A stretch of DNA of 64,000 nt from an uncultured Rhodanobacteraceae bacterium (GTDB lineage: Bacteria > Pseudomonadota > Gammaproteobacteria > Xanthomonadales > Rhodanobacteraceae). The stretch lies in NCBI GenBank assembly GCA_964608595.1, contig CAZSOU010000001.1, positions 6,716 through 70,715 on the forward strand, read 5' to 3'. Shown here piece after piece: positions 1 through 12,670 of the stretch. Every line of letters starts with the position of its first letter. The stretch's first letter is position 1. The notes under the pieces were generated by a model. It searched no databases, was not told where the DNA came from, and saw only the letters and a program-made list of their open reading frames with translations. A program made the position numbers and the translations under genes.

Positions 1-1
1 C

Positions 2-328
2 AGTCTGCTGGTCATCGACGAGCTTTTCAGCGGCACCAACACCACCGAGCGCGTCGCCATCGCACGCTCCGTACTGGAATCACTGGCCCGCGAATCAATC
101 GTTCTGGCCACCACCCACGACGTCGAACTGCAAACCGTTCTGGATGAGCATTTCGACTATTACCATTTCCGGGAAGACCCGGAAGTGGACGGTTTCTTCG
201 ACTACCACCTGCGCCACGGCATCACGCGAACGCGCAACGCCATCCGCATGCTCGGGGAAATGGGCTTCCCGGCACCGGTCATCGCCAATGCCCTGGCCTA
301 CGCGGCAAAAGCGACGCGCATGGCATGA
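2..328 (+). CDS. MutS-family (MutS-related ABC-ATPase, domain V) protein, C-terminal ~108 codons; gene starts upstream of the window
   Basis: Frame open from the window edge to TGA 326-328. Translation SLLVIDELFSGTNTTERVAIARSVLESLARESIVLATTHDVEL carries a MutS-type Walker B (hhhhDE) and the downstream TH motif. Confidence 0.7.
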   Translation, partial: SLLVIDELFSGTNTTERVAIARSVLESLARESIVLATTHDVELQTVLDEHFDYYHFREDPEVDGFFDYHLRHGITRTRNAIRMLGEMGFPAPVIANALAYAAKATRMA

Positions 329-510
329 TCCGCCGTTGCGCCGTGATGTTTTGCCCGGTTGCCACCGACGACCGTCTCGCGGACTCGCCTGCCGGTGCCG
401 AGGGGCGACCGGGTGACTTTCCTTGAGAGCCGTCGTCGAAACCTCGGTGACCCGTGCGCTTCGGACCGGTTGCGACGAGGCCTGCATGCCAACGTGATCG
501 CGCATCGTTG

Positions 511-2328
511 TCAGTGCCCTGGTTCCGTCTTTCGATGACGCCCGAAAAATCGCTCGCGAAGATGCTCTTCGTCGTAATGGTGCGTGTAGGGCTTGAGCAA
601 GTCGTAACGCGTCACCATGCCCAGAAGTTTGTGCACGTCGGGGGTGACGACGGGGATGCGATCAAGTTTTTCCACCGACATGCGGATGGCCACGCTCTTG
701 CAGCTTTCTTCGGGAAACGCGACGACAGGCTCCTTGCCGACAATGTCACCGATGCGCGTCGCTCCGTCGACGTCATTCTCGCGCCAGTCCCGTACGTGGC
801 TGCGGTCCGCAACGTGGATCAACACGCCATTGCCATCGACCACCGGATAGGCGCGGTATTTCTGCTGCACACCGAAATACTGCCGCGCCAGGTCGCGCAC
901 CGTCATGTCGGCCGGAACGGTGACGATGTCGCTGGTCATCACGTCTGCCACGGGCAAGTGTTCCAAGCGGTCCATGCTGTATTCGCGGTTGATGTCCTTG
1001 CCGTGACGCGCGATTTTTTCAGTGAGAATGGAGCGTCGCATCAAAAACACGCTGGTGCCGTAGGCGACCGTGCAGGTGACCAGAAGCGCCGGCAACACGC
1101 TGGCATTGCCGGTCAGCTCCAGTGCGAACATGATCGACGTGAACGGCATCCGCATCACCGCCGCCAGCATCGCGCCCATGCCCAGCAGCGGCCACAGCAA
1201 CGGTTGCGGGCCGGGAAAGACCAGCGCCTCCAGCCCTCCCAGTCCCGCGCCCAGGGCAAGCAACGGCGCCAACGTGCCGCCGGAAGTGCCCGAACTCAAA
1301 TACACGATCCAGATGATTGCCTTGACCACCATGAAGATCACGATGCCCATGCCGACGATCTGTCCCGTCAACAATTGATCGATGATGACGTAGCCCACGC
1401 CCAGCGTCTGCGGGTCGATGATGCCGCCGATACCCACGACCAGCGCACCCAGCGCCGGCCACCACATCCAGTGGATCGGCAGCTTGCGGTAGCCGTCCTC
1501 GACCTTGTAGACGAGAAACGTCACCAGGGTGGCCAGGAGTCCCGCAAGAAGTCCGCTGACAGCTGCCATGCCGAGATCGGCAATACTCAGATCGAACGCG
1601 ATGTCGATGGGAAACAATGGTCCCGGCCCGATCAGGAACGGTCGCAGCGACGAGGCCACGAAACAGGCTACCGCCACGGGAATGGTGCTGCGCGGACGCA
1701 GCTCGAAAAGCAGCATTTCCACGCCCACCAGCGTGGCCGCAATGGGTGTGGCAAAGGTCGCCGACATGCCGGCGCAGGCGCCCGCGACCAACAGCGTGCG
1801 CCGCTCGATCGAGGTGAGATAGAACACTTGGCCAATCAACGAGCCCACCGCTCCGCCCGTCATGATGATCGGTCCCTCGGCACCGAACGGTCCGCCGGTC
1901 CCGATGGCGATGGCCGACGACAACGGCTTCAGAATCGCCACCTTGGCCATCATCTTGGATTTGCGAAACAGGATCGATTCCAAGGCTTCCGGGATACCAT
2001 GTCCGCGAATGCGATCAGTGCCGTAACGCGCCATCAAACCGATGATGAGGCCCCCCACCACCGGCACCAGAAGAATCAACCACCACGGCGCATCGAGCAC
2101 CGCCGGCTGGACGAACTCGAACGACCATCGGCCGGCAAAAGCCAGGTTCGTCACCAAGCCGATCAGGCGATACAGAGCCCATGCAATGAGAGCCGCCGCC
2201 CCGCCAATGAACAGCGCGATGAAGGAAAGCTTGAGAATGCTGATGCTGGGCCGGAAATCACCCTCGTTCAGGGTATCGCGCTTCCACTTTTCGTAGAGAC
2301 GAACAAAGGGGCGGACAAGCGATGTCAT
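511..2328 (-). CDS. ClC-family chloride channel / H+-Cl- exchanger with two C-terminal CBS domains
   Basis: Long ORF 511..2391. ClC selectivity motifs are present: GHGIPE, GAEGP and GGTLAP. It has a multi-TM body and a CBS-pair tail. ATG at 2328 (MTSLVRPF) is preferred over GTG at 2391. Confidence 0.85.
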   Translation of the reverse strand: MTSLVRPFVRLYEKWKRDTLNEGDFRPSISILKLSFIALFIGGAAALIAWALYRLIGLVTNLAFAGRWSFEFVQPAVLDAPWWLILLVPVVGGLIIGLMARYGTDRIRGHGIPEALESILFRKSKMMAKVAILKPLSSAIAIGTGGPFGAEGPIIMTGGAVGSLIGQVFYLTSIERRTLLVAGACAGMSATFATPIAATLVGVEMLLFELRPRSTIPVAVACFVASSLRPFLIGPGPLFPIDIAFDLSIADLGMAAVSGLLAGLLATLVTFLVYKVEDGYRKLPIHWMWWPALGALVVGIGGIIDPQTLGVGYVIIDQLLTGQIVGMGIVIFMVVKAIIWIVYLSSGTSGGTLAPLLALGAGLGGLEALVFPGPQPLLWPLLGMGAMLAAVMRMPFTSIMFALELTGNASVLPALLVTCTVAYGTSVFLMRRSILTEKIARHGKDINREYSMDRLEHLPVADVMTSDIVTVPADMTVRDLARQYFGVQQKYRAYPVVDGNGVLIHVADRSHVRDWRENDVDGATRIGDIVGKEPVVAFPEESCKSVAIRMSVEKLDRIPVVTPDVHKLLGMVTRYDLLKPYTHHYDEEHLRERFFGRHRKTEPGH

Positions 2329-2506
2329 GGCCTCAGGCAATCTCCCCGGATTGATGATGCCTCTCACACTACCCCGAGCAAGACATGGCACACCAGCCCC
2401 CGGTTCACAGATCCGGTTTGCACCTGACGCGTTCAGGCGCGTGGCGTATGCTCACCGGACAGCGTCAACTCCCCCTCGACAAGCGCAACGGAAGGAAGCA
2501 GCAACC

Positions 2507-4807
2507 ATGAGCGAACTGCGCAACAGAAGCACCTGGCAGGCCCTGGAAAAACATTACCGGTCACTTTCGCGCAAACACCTGCGCAACTTGTTTGACAAGG
2601 ATCCCGGGCGCGCCAGGCGCTTCAATGCCAAAGGCGCGGGTTGGACCCTGGATTATTCCAAGCATCGCATCGACGACACCACGATGAAGCGTTTGCTGGC
2701 GCTGGCTCGCGATTGCAATCTGGAAGCACGCCGCGATGCCATGTTCGCCGGCGACATCGTCAATCCGACCGAGCATCGCGCCGCGTTGCATGTCGCGTTG
2801 CGCGCACCGAAGGACGAAGTCATTCGCGTGGACGGTGAAAATGTTGTTCCCGCCGTCCACGATGTGCTTCGGCGCATGAGTGAATTCGCACGCAAAGTGC
2901 GCACCGGCGAATGGAAAGGCTATGCGGGCCGGCGTATCCGGAACATCGTCAACATCGGCATCGGCGGCTCCGACCTCGGGCCCGTGATGGCTTGCGAAGC
3001 GTTGAAACATTACAGCGACCGGGACCTCGAATTCCGTTTCGTGTCCAACGTCGACAGTACTGATTTCGTCGAAGCCGTGCGCGGCATGCACCCGGACGAG
3101 ACCCTGTTCATCATCGCCTCCAAGACCTTCACAACGCTGGAGACGATGACCAACGCCCGCACCGCTCGCGATTGGCTGCTGGATGCCTGCGGCAAGCGCA
3201 ACAAGGGCGCGATCAAGCAACACTTCGTGGCCCTTTCAACCCATCACGAAGCGGTGAAGAAGTTCGGCATCGATACCGCCAACATGTTCGGCTTCTGGGA
3301 CTGGGTCGGTGGCCGCTACTCGATGGATTCGGCAATCGGCTTGTCGACCATGATCGCCATCGGCCCGGACCGTTTCGACGAAATGCTCGAAGGATTCCAC
3401 GCCATGGACGAGCATTTCCGCACCGCGCCGCTGGAGAAGAACCTGCCCGTCATCATGGGCCTGCTCAACGTCTGGTACACCAACTTCTTCGGCTCCCAAA
3501 CGGTCGCCGTGCTGCCTTACGAGCAGTACCTGACACGCTTCCCCGCCTATCTGCAACAACTCAACATGGAGTCCAACGGCAAGCATGTCACAGTGGACGG
3601 AAAACCGGTGGACTATGCGACGGGACCGATTTTCTGGGGTGAACCCGGTACCAACGGTCAGCACTCGTTCTATCAGTTGATCCACCAGGGCACACGTCTG
3701 ATTCCGTGCGACTTCATTGCCTTCGGCCAGTCGCTCAATCCACTCGGTGATCATCATGACTTGTTGATCGCCAACGTGATTGCCCAGGCCGAAGCGCTGG
3801 CCAAAGGCAAGACCGCCAGGGAAGTACGCGCCGAAGGCACACCGGCCAAACTGGTGCCGCACAAGGTGTTCGAGGGCAACCGGCCATCCAGCCTGCTGAT
3901 GGCCGACGCATTGACGCCGACAACGCTGGGCGCGCTGGTGGCGCTGTACGAGCACAGCGTGTTTACCCAGGCCACCATCTGGAACATCGACCCGTTCGAC
4001 CAATGGGGCGTGGAACTGGGCAAGGTATTGGCCAAAAAGGTGGCCGAGGAAATCGAATCACCCGGCAAGCGCCTCAAGCACGATGCATCCACCAACGCGG
4101 CCATCCGCTGGTATCGCAAAGCCCGCGAAGCCGCACCGTCCGGACGCAGACACCGGCACAAGGTGTTGGTGCTGGACGTCGGCGGCAGCCACGTCAAGGC
4201 GCGCATCACCGGCAGCACGAAGGAGCATCGGTTCGTTTCCGGTCCCGAGCTCACGCCGCAACAGATGATGGACAAACTCGACAAACTGTTGCGTGGCAAG
4301 ACTTGCGATTTCGTCAGCATCGGCTTTCCCTCACCGGTCGTGCATGGCCGCATCCTGGCCGAACCGCACAACCTCGGCACCGGCTGGGTCGGTTTCGACT
4401 TCAACCAGGCTTTCGACAAGCCCGTGCGCATCCTGAACGACGCCGCCATGCAGGCACTGGGCAGCTACGAAGGCGGTCGCATGCTGTTTCTGGGGCTCGG
4501 CACGGGACTCGGTTCGGCCATGGTGGTCGACGGCCGGGTGGAGCCGATGGAACTGGGCCACATGCCGTACAAGGGACATGACTACGAGCATTACGTGGGC
4601 GAGGCATTTCGCGAGAAACACCCCGATGAATGGAAGGCCAATGTGCTCGAGGTCATCGACACCCTGCGCGCCGCCATGGAAGCCGATTACGTGATTCTGG
4701 GCGGCGGCAACGTACGCCACTTCGACACCCTGCCCGACGGTGTACGCCGCGGCGACAACGACAATGCCTTCAAAGGCGGCTTTCGACTCTGGGAGAACAT
4801 CGCATGA
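2507..4807 (+). CDS. pgi: Glucose-6-phosphate isomerase fused in frame to a ROK/polyphosphate-glucokinase-like sugar kinase domain (766 aa)
   Basis: ATG 2507 ([17 protein letters not shown]). PGI signatures seen: [36 protein letters not shown]. The normal PGI C-terminus [15 protein letters not shown] is followed without a stop by [42 protein letters not shown] and ELGHMPY. Confidence 0.9.
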   Translation: MSELRNRSTWQALEKHYRSLSRKHLRNLFDKDPGRARRFNAKGAGWTLDYSKHRIDDTTMKRLLALARDCNLEARRDAMFAGDIVNPTEHRAALHVALRAPKDEVIRVDGENVVPAVHDVLRRMSEFARKVRTGEWKGYAGRRIRNIVNIGIGGSDLGPVMACEALKHYSDRDLEFRFVSNVDSTDFVEAVRGMHPDETLFIIASKTFTTLETMTNARTARDWLLDACGKRNKGAIKQHFVALSTHHEAVKKFGIDTANMFGFWDWVGGRYSMDSAIGLSTMIAIGPDRFDEMLEGFHAMDEHFRTAPLEKNLPVIMGLLNVWYTNFFGSQTVAVLPYEQYLTRFPAYLQQLNMESNGKHVTVDGKPVDYATGPIFWGEPGTNGQHSFYQLIHQGTRLIPCDFIAFGQSLNPLGDHHDLLIANVIAQAEALAKGKTAREVRAEGTPAKLVPHKVFEGNRPSSLLMADALTPTTLGALVALYEHSVFTQATIWNIDPFDQWGVELGKVLAKKVAEEIESPGKRLKHDASTNAAIRWYRKAREAAPSGRRHRHKVLVLDVGGSHVKARITGSTKEHRFVSGPELTPQQMMDKLDKLLRGKTCDFVSIGFPSPVVHGRILAEPHNLGTGWVGFDFNQAFDKPVRILNDAAMQALGSYEGGRMLFLGLGTGLGSAMVVDGRVEPMELGHMPYKGHDYEHYVGEAFREKHPDEWKANVLEVIDTLRAAMEADYVILGGGNVRHFDTLPDGVRRGDNDNAFKGGFRLWENIA

Positions 4808-5832
4808 ATGACAAACTGCAACTGGGCATGATCGGCCTGGGCCGGATGGGCTCGAACATGGTGGCGCGCATGGAGGAAGCCGGGGTCGACTGCGTCGGCT
4901 TCGACACCCATGCCGATGCCCGCGAATCGATCCGCAAGACCGGTGCCGACACGGCCGCCACACTGTCCGAACTGGTGAAAAAGCTCACGCCGCCACGCGC
5001 CGTGTGGATGATGGTGCCGAGCGGCGTGGTCGATGCGGTACTCGATGACCTGGTTCCGCTGCTTCATGCCGGCGACATGATCATCGATGGCGGCAACTCG
5101 CATTATGTCGAAGACATTCGCCGCGCCAAAGCCGTGGCCGACAAGGACATCATGTATGTGGATGTCGGTGTCAGCGGCGGCGTGTGGGGGCGTGAGCGCG
5201 GCTACTGCCAGATGATCGGCGGCCCGCAATCCGCCTACGAGCACTTGAAGCCCGCGTTTGTCGCACTGGCCCCCGGCGTGGAAACCGCCGAGCGCACCCC
5301 CGGTCGCAGAGGCCCGCCCGCACCGGCCGAACATGGTTACCTGCACTGCGGGGACAACGGCGCCGGTCATTTCGTCAAAATGGTGCACAACGGCATCGAG
5401 TACGGATTGATGGCTGCCTACGCCGAAGGCCTGAACGTGCTCAAGCACGCCAATGCCGGCAATGTGAAACGCGAGAACGATGCCGAAACCACGCCGCTGG
5501 AACACCCCGAACACTACAAGTACGACATCCCCCTCGACGACGTGGTGGAAGTGTGGCGCCGCGGCAGCGTGATCGGATCGTGGCTGCTCGACCTGACCGC
5601 CATCGAAATGGGCGAAGACCCGAAACTGGCGCATTATTCCGGGCGCGTGTCTGATTCCGGCGAAGGTCGCTGGACGGCACTGGCCGCGATCGAGGAGGGC
5701 GTGCCGGTGCCGGTACTCACATCGGCACTGTTCGGCCGCTTCAGCTCGCGCGGCCGCGACCAGTTCGCCAACAAGGTGATGTCCGCCATGCGTCATGCAT
5801 TCGGTGGCCACGACGAAAAGAAAAAGTCCTGA
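4804..5832 (+). CDS. gnd: 6-phosphogluconate dehydrogenase (decarboxylating), short ~340-aa form
   Basis: ATG 4804 overlaps the upstream stop (ATGA). Rossmann motif [12 protein letters not shown] and 6PGDH signature [16 protein letters not shown] are present. Confidence 0.85.
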   Translation: MNDKLQLGMIGLGRMGSNMVARMEEAGVDCVGFDTHADARESIRKTGADTAATLSELVKKLTPPRAVWMMVPSGVVDAVLDDLVPLLHAGDMIIDGGNSHYVEDIRRAKAVADKDIMYVDVGVSGGVWGRERGYCQMIGGPQSAYEHLKPAFVALAPGVETAERTPGRRGPPAPAEHGYLHCGDNGAGHFVKMVHNGIEYGLMAAYAEGLNVLKHANAGNVKRENDAETTPLEHPEHYKYDIPLDDVVEVWRRGSVIGSWLLDLTAIEMGEDPKLAHYSGRVSDSGEGRWTALAAIEEGVPVPVLTSALFGRFSSRGRDQFANKVMSAMRHAFGGHDEKKKS

Positions 5833-5888
5833 CCCCAATCCACCCTTTGGCAGGCTCCCGCGAAAACCCACACACCATCGAGGTTCCC

Positions 5889-7337
5889 ATGAGCAAAACC
5901 ACCCTGGTCATCCTCGGCGCCACCGGCGATCTCACCAAGCGTCTGCTGATGCCGGCCCTGTTCCGTCTGCATCAGCGCGGTCTGACACCCGACCTTTCCA
6001 TCGTCGGCTACGCGATGGAATCGTGGAGCGAGAAACGCTTCCACAATCACATCCACCGCGCACTCAAGTCCTTTGCCGATGAATACACCGAAAAAGACTG
6101 GAAAGCGTTCCAGAAAAAGCTCACCTACGTCAGCGGCGAACTGAATCCGGACGATCTGACACCGCTCAAGGACAAACTGGCGTCGCGTTCACTTTTTTAT
6201 CTGGCACTTCCACCTTCGCTGTTCGGCACGGCCGCCAAAGCACTGGGCGAAGCCGGCATGACCGAATCATCCGCGTCCGGCTGGCGGCGCCTGGTGGTGG
6301 AAAAACCGTTCGGCACCGACCTCGCCAGCGCCCGCAAACTGCGCAAGCAGATGCACACGCACTGGCAGGAAGAACAGATCCTGCGCATCGACCATTTTCT
6401 GGGCAAGGAGACCACCCAGAACCTCATGGTGTTCCGCTTCGCCAACCGTTTCCTCGAACCGGTATGGGACGCCAACCACATCGAACAAGTACAGATCACC
6501 TATGCCGAAACCCTCGGCGTGGAAAAACGTGCCGGCTACTACGACCATGCCGGCGCGCTGCGCGACATGCTGCAGAATCACCTGATGCAGCTTTTCAGTC
6601 TGGCCGCCATCGAACCCTTGTCGGCCTGGGATGCCGACGTGTTGCGTGATCACAAGGTGGAAGTACTGCGTTCGGTCAAACGCATCACCGCGCGCAACGT
6701 CAAAAAACATGCCGTCCGCGGTCAATATCGTGCCGGCAAGGAGGGACGCAAAAAGCTCTGCGGCTATCGCAACGAGGACGGCGTCGCCAAGGGATCGAAT
6801 ACGGAAACCTTCGCCGCGCTGAGGCTGGAAATCGACAACTGGCGCTGGCAAGGCGTGCCGTTCTACCTCAGAAGCGGCAAGCGTCTGGCCAGCAACTGTT
6901 CGGAAATCGCGGTGCAATTCAGAAAAACGCCGGGCGCCCTGCCCGGTGAAGTCAACGCCGAAAACAACTGGATGGTATTTCGCATCAAACCCAACCAGAC
7001 AATGACCATTCTGGCCAACGCCAAACTCCCCGGCCTGGAGCTGGAGGGCCGCCAGGTGAAACTCACCGCACCCTATGCCAGTGCCGATGGCGACAACGGG
7101 TTTTCGGCATACGAACAGCTGCTGATGGACGCGATGGAAGGCGACCGCACCCACTTTCTGCGCTTCGACGAGGTCGAGTGGGCCTGGCGTTTGCTCGATC
7201 CCGTCCTCAAGGCCTGGGAAAAAGGCGCACCGGACTTTTACGCCGCGGGTTCCGAGGGTCCCAAAACGCAGGACCGGTTGCTGGACAGCAACCACCATTG
7301 GCGCCCCATTCGACTGGCGGCCGGTGAAGAAGACTGA
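5889..7337 (+). CDS. zwf: Glucose-6-phosphate 1-dehydrogenase
   Basis: MSKTTLVILGATGDLTKRLL dinucleotide motif and RIDHFLGKE active-site signature; 482 aa. Confidence 0.95.
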   Translation: MSKTTLVILGATGDLTKRLLMPALFRLHQRGLTPDLSIVGYAMESWSEKRFHNHIHRALKSFADEYTEKDWKAFQKKLTYVSGELNPDDLTPLKDKLASRSLFYLALPPSLFGTAAKALGEAGMTESSASGWRRLVVEKPFGTDLASARKLRKQMHTHWQEEQILRIDHFLGKETTQNLMVFRFANRFLEPVWDANHIEQVQITYAETLGVEKRAGYYDHAGALRDMLQNHLMQLFSLAAIEPLSAWDADVLRDHKVEVLRSVKRITARNVKKHAVRGQYRAGKEGRKKLCGYRNEDGVAKGSNTETFAALRLEIDNWRWQGVPFYLRSGKRLASNCSEIAVQFRKTPGALPGEVNAENNWMVFRIKPNQTMTILANAKLPGLELEGRQVKLTAPYASADGDNGFSAYEQLLMDAMEGDRTHFLRFDEVEWAWRLLDPVLKAWEKGAPDFYAAGSEGPKTQDRLLDSNHHWRPIRLAAGEED

Positions 7338-7361
7338 ACGCGTCAGCGACCGTTTCCGTCC

Positions 7362-8291
7362 TCAGACGGGCACGAACGCCGCATCCATCTGCAAACCGGG
7401 AATGCTGACCAGCAATTCGTGCAACAGCGCGCCGAAAGCCTGCAGATCCTCCGTCCACGGCGATGCCTGGCGCCAGTACAAGGCAACGTGCCGGCCAGGC
7501 GCTTCGGTCTGCTCGATACGCGCCAATTTCACATTGGCGATGGATGCCAGACGCTGACGGGCCAGACTTGGCACCAGGGTATAGCCGCCACGCAGCGCGA
7601 CGAGTGCCGCGAGGCTTTCCAGACTGACATCCTGGACGCGTTCGTCATCATGGTCGGCGGCATGGTTTTCGGCCATGAGAATGGCGTTGTCATCCAGCTC
7701 TTCGAGACGCAGGCACGCGCGGTCGGCCAACGGGTGCGAGTGGTGCATCAGTACATCGTACGGTTCGAAAAACAACGGCTGCATGGCGACGCCGGATGGT
7801 GTTTGCGCCGGTTGCGCCAGCACCACGTCCAGCTCGCCTTCGTGCAGCCGGCGCAACAGACCGCGCGGCTTGCCTTCGGAAAGGCTGAGGCGGGTACCCT
7901 GGAAACGTTGCGGAAACGGCTCGACCAGATGCGGCAGAAGGTACGGACCCAACGTACTCAACACGCCCAGACGCAACTCGCCGCCAAAGGCGGATGCACT
8001 GTGGCTTGTTGCGGCCTGTTCAAGGTCTTCGGCGGCGGCGAGAACATGATCGATCTGCGCCAGCAAACGCTGACCGGCGACCGTGGGCAGAACGCCGCGG
8101 CCGCCGCGCTCGAACAGCACGGCGTCCAGTGCCTGCTCGACTTTCTGGATCTGGTGCGACAACCCCGACGGACTGATGTGCATGGCACGCGCGGCGGCCG
8201 TGAAACCACCCAACCGGTGCACAGCCTGCACCAAGGCCAGGTCGCGCAGGGACACGGCGGCCAGGCCCATCGAAATCATCGAACGCTGCAT
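7362..8291 (-). CDS. LysR-family transcriptional regulator, divergent from acnA
   Basis: N-terminal HTH LRDLALVQAVHRLGGFTAAARAMHISPSGLSHQIQKVEQAL plus a LysR substrate-binding domain. ATG at 8291 was chosen because the longer ORF to 8531 overlaps the acnA start. Confidence 0.85.
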   Translation of the reverse strand: MQRSMISMGLAAVSLRDLALVQAVHRLGGFTAAARAMHISPSGLSHQIQKVEQALDAVLFERGGRGVLPTVAGQRLLAQIDHVLAAAEDLEQAATSHSASAFGGELRLGVLSTLGPYLLPHLVEPFPQRFQGTRLSLSEGKPRGLLRRLHEGELDVVLAQPAQTPSGVAMQPLFFEPYDVLMHHSHPLADRACLRLEELDDNAILMAENHAADHDDERVQDVSLESLAALVALRGGYTLVPSLARQRLASIANVKLARIEQTEAPGRHVALYWRQASPWTEDLQAFGALLHELLVSIPGLQMDAAFVPV

Positions 8292-8484
8292 GCGCGCTAA
8301 TCCGTTGGTAAGAAGGCGGGTCGAAGGAGCATCATGATCAGTCCCGCCAGCCCATTGTAGCGGCTCGTCCTGTGCGACATTCGCGTCATTCAGGACATTT
8401 GCGCGATAATGGGCGTTTGATCGGCGCCGATGCCCGCTTTTGCGTCGCGTTCGCGCCCCGCAGTCGATCCAGCCAGGAGCAGCC

Positions 8485-11226
<2,742 letters not shown>

Positions 11227-11254
11227 ACCTTTCGGCGCTTTCGCGCATCTCAAC

Positions 11255-11285
11255 AACCGCCGGTCGCAAGGCCGGCGGTTTTTTC
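11255..11285 (+). terminator. Rho-independent terminator after acnA
   Basis: AACCGCCGG / CCGGCGGTT 9-bp stem (11255-11263 / 11272-11280) followed by a T-run at 11279-11284. Confidence 0.75.
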
Positions 11286-11358
11286 TTGCGCGAAGGCGCA
11301 GAGTTGACCTTGACCGGCCATGCGGTTTCGCACGGCAAACCCGAACGGGAGTTTCATC

Positions 11359-12540
11359 ATGTCGACACGTCACCAAATCATCCCGGCTCTGCTGGCATTC
11401 GCCCTGCTCGCCGGACCCGCCGCCGCCATGGCGCAAAACCAGACGCACACCCGCACCATCAACAAAGTCGAAACGGTCACCCCGTCCACCCGAATTTCCG
11501 TGGAAAACCTGATCGGCCACGTCAACGTCACCCAGGGCGGCAAGCAGCTGGCCATCAAAGCCGACGTGGTAGCCGGTGGTGCGGACATGACGACGGCCAG
11601 AGCGCTGGCAGACACCGTCAAAATCGATGTCAGCCGTGACGGGAACCAGCTTGCCGTACATGTCGATTATCCAGTCGACAAACACACCCGCTACCGGATT
11701 CCGGCGCGCTTCGAATCCGGCCACGACGGCATCGATTTTCTCGGCATCCACATCGGCACCTCCTACAGCCACAGCACGCTGCAGTACCAGGGCCGCACGG
11801 TGAATATCTACCGAGGCAGCTCGAAAGGCGTACCACTGTACGTCGACCTGGCCATCCAACTGCCCGAGGGCGTGAATGCCACGATCAAGAACCACGTCGG
11901 ACTGACTACTGCACACGAACTGAGCAACGACCTGACGCTGCGCAGCGACGACGGTGACGTTCAGGTCTACGCCATCAACGGCAAACTGGCCATCCATACC
12001 GGCGACGGCGATGCCAGCGTGGACAAGCTGCGCGGCAATCTGGATCTGCACACCGCCGACGGCGACGTCAAAATCAGCGATATTCAGGGTGACACCATTG
12101 GCATCCACACGGGCGACGGCGATGTGCGCATGAACCAGGTGCGGGGTGATGTGCGGGTGGATACCGGTGATGGCGACATCCATGGTGACGCGCTCACGGA
12201 CAAGCTGCATCTGAGCACCGGCGACGGTGACGTCATCCTGAAGAACCTGCACGATGTTTCCTCGGCCCGCGTGGCATGCGGCGACGGCGATATTCATTTA
12301 AGCGGCAACTTGTCCGGCCTTGCCAATTTCAGCCTGCAAAGCGGCAATGGCGACATCCGCATGGCCACGCAACAACCACCCGCCGTGCACCTGAGCATCA
12401 ACGCCGAAGACATCCGCGTGGATTGGCCCGACATGCGCAACGTGGAGCACGACCGGCACAGCTACCGGGGCGACGTCGGCAATGCCCGCGGCAACGGGAG
12501 CATCAACGCGGGCAACGGCGATGTGGTTCTGAAACGCTGA
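11359..12540 (+). CDS. Secreted DUF4097-like beta-helix repeat protein (putative adhesin fold)
   Basis: Signal peptide MSTRHQIIPALLAFALLAGPAAAMA. The C-terminal half is built from ~19-20-aa units centred on GDGD(V/I): HTGDGDASV, HTADGDVKI, HTGDGDVRM, DTGDGDIHG, STGDGDVIL, CGDGDIHL, SGNGDIRM, AGNGDVVL. Confidence 0.7.
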   Translation: MSTRHQIIPALLAFALLAGPAAAMAQNQTHTRTINKVETVTPSTRISVENLIGHVNVTQGGKQLAIKADVVAGGADMTTARALADTVKIDVSRDGNQLAVHVDYPVDKHTRYRIPARFESGHDGIDFLGIHIGTSYSHSTLQYQGRTVNIYRGSSKGVPLYVDLAIQLPEGVNATIKNHVGLTTAHELSNDLTLRSDDGDVQVYAINGKLAIHTGDGDASVDKLRGNLDLHTADGDVKISDIQGDTIGIHTGDGDVRMNQVRGDVRVDTGDGDIHGDALTDKLHLSTGDGDVILKNLHDVSSARVACGDGDIHLSGNLSGLANFSLQSGNGDIRMATQQPPAVHLSINAEDIRVDWPDMRNVEHDRHSYRGDVGNARGNGSINAGNGDVVLKR

Positions 12541-12670
12541 AATTTTCCGACGCCGTGACAAAACCCGGAATCCGCGCCCCGACCGGCGTGACAGGGCCTT
12601 GCTTGCCGCCTCGATACCGCTATGCTCAAATGAAACGATCGTTCGTCACTTGTCCGGCATAGGGGATTTC

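Noticed and set aside
454-2427. 657-codon plus-strand ORF overlapping the ClC gene
   Set aside because: It is an antisense shadow of a well-supported ClC/CBS gene. The translation is Arg/His/Asp/Gln-rich and not protein-like.
8292-8484. LysR operator (T-N11-A) and acnA promoter in the divergent spacer
   Set aside because: Several weak candidates exist, for example around ATTCGCGTCATTCAGGACATTTGCGCGATAAT. None has convincing spacing to a -35/-10 pair, so it cannot be supported by eye.
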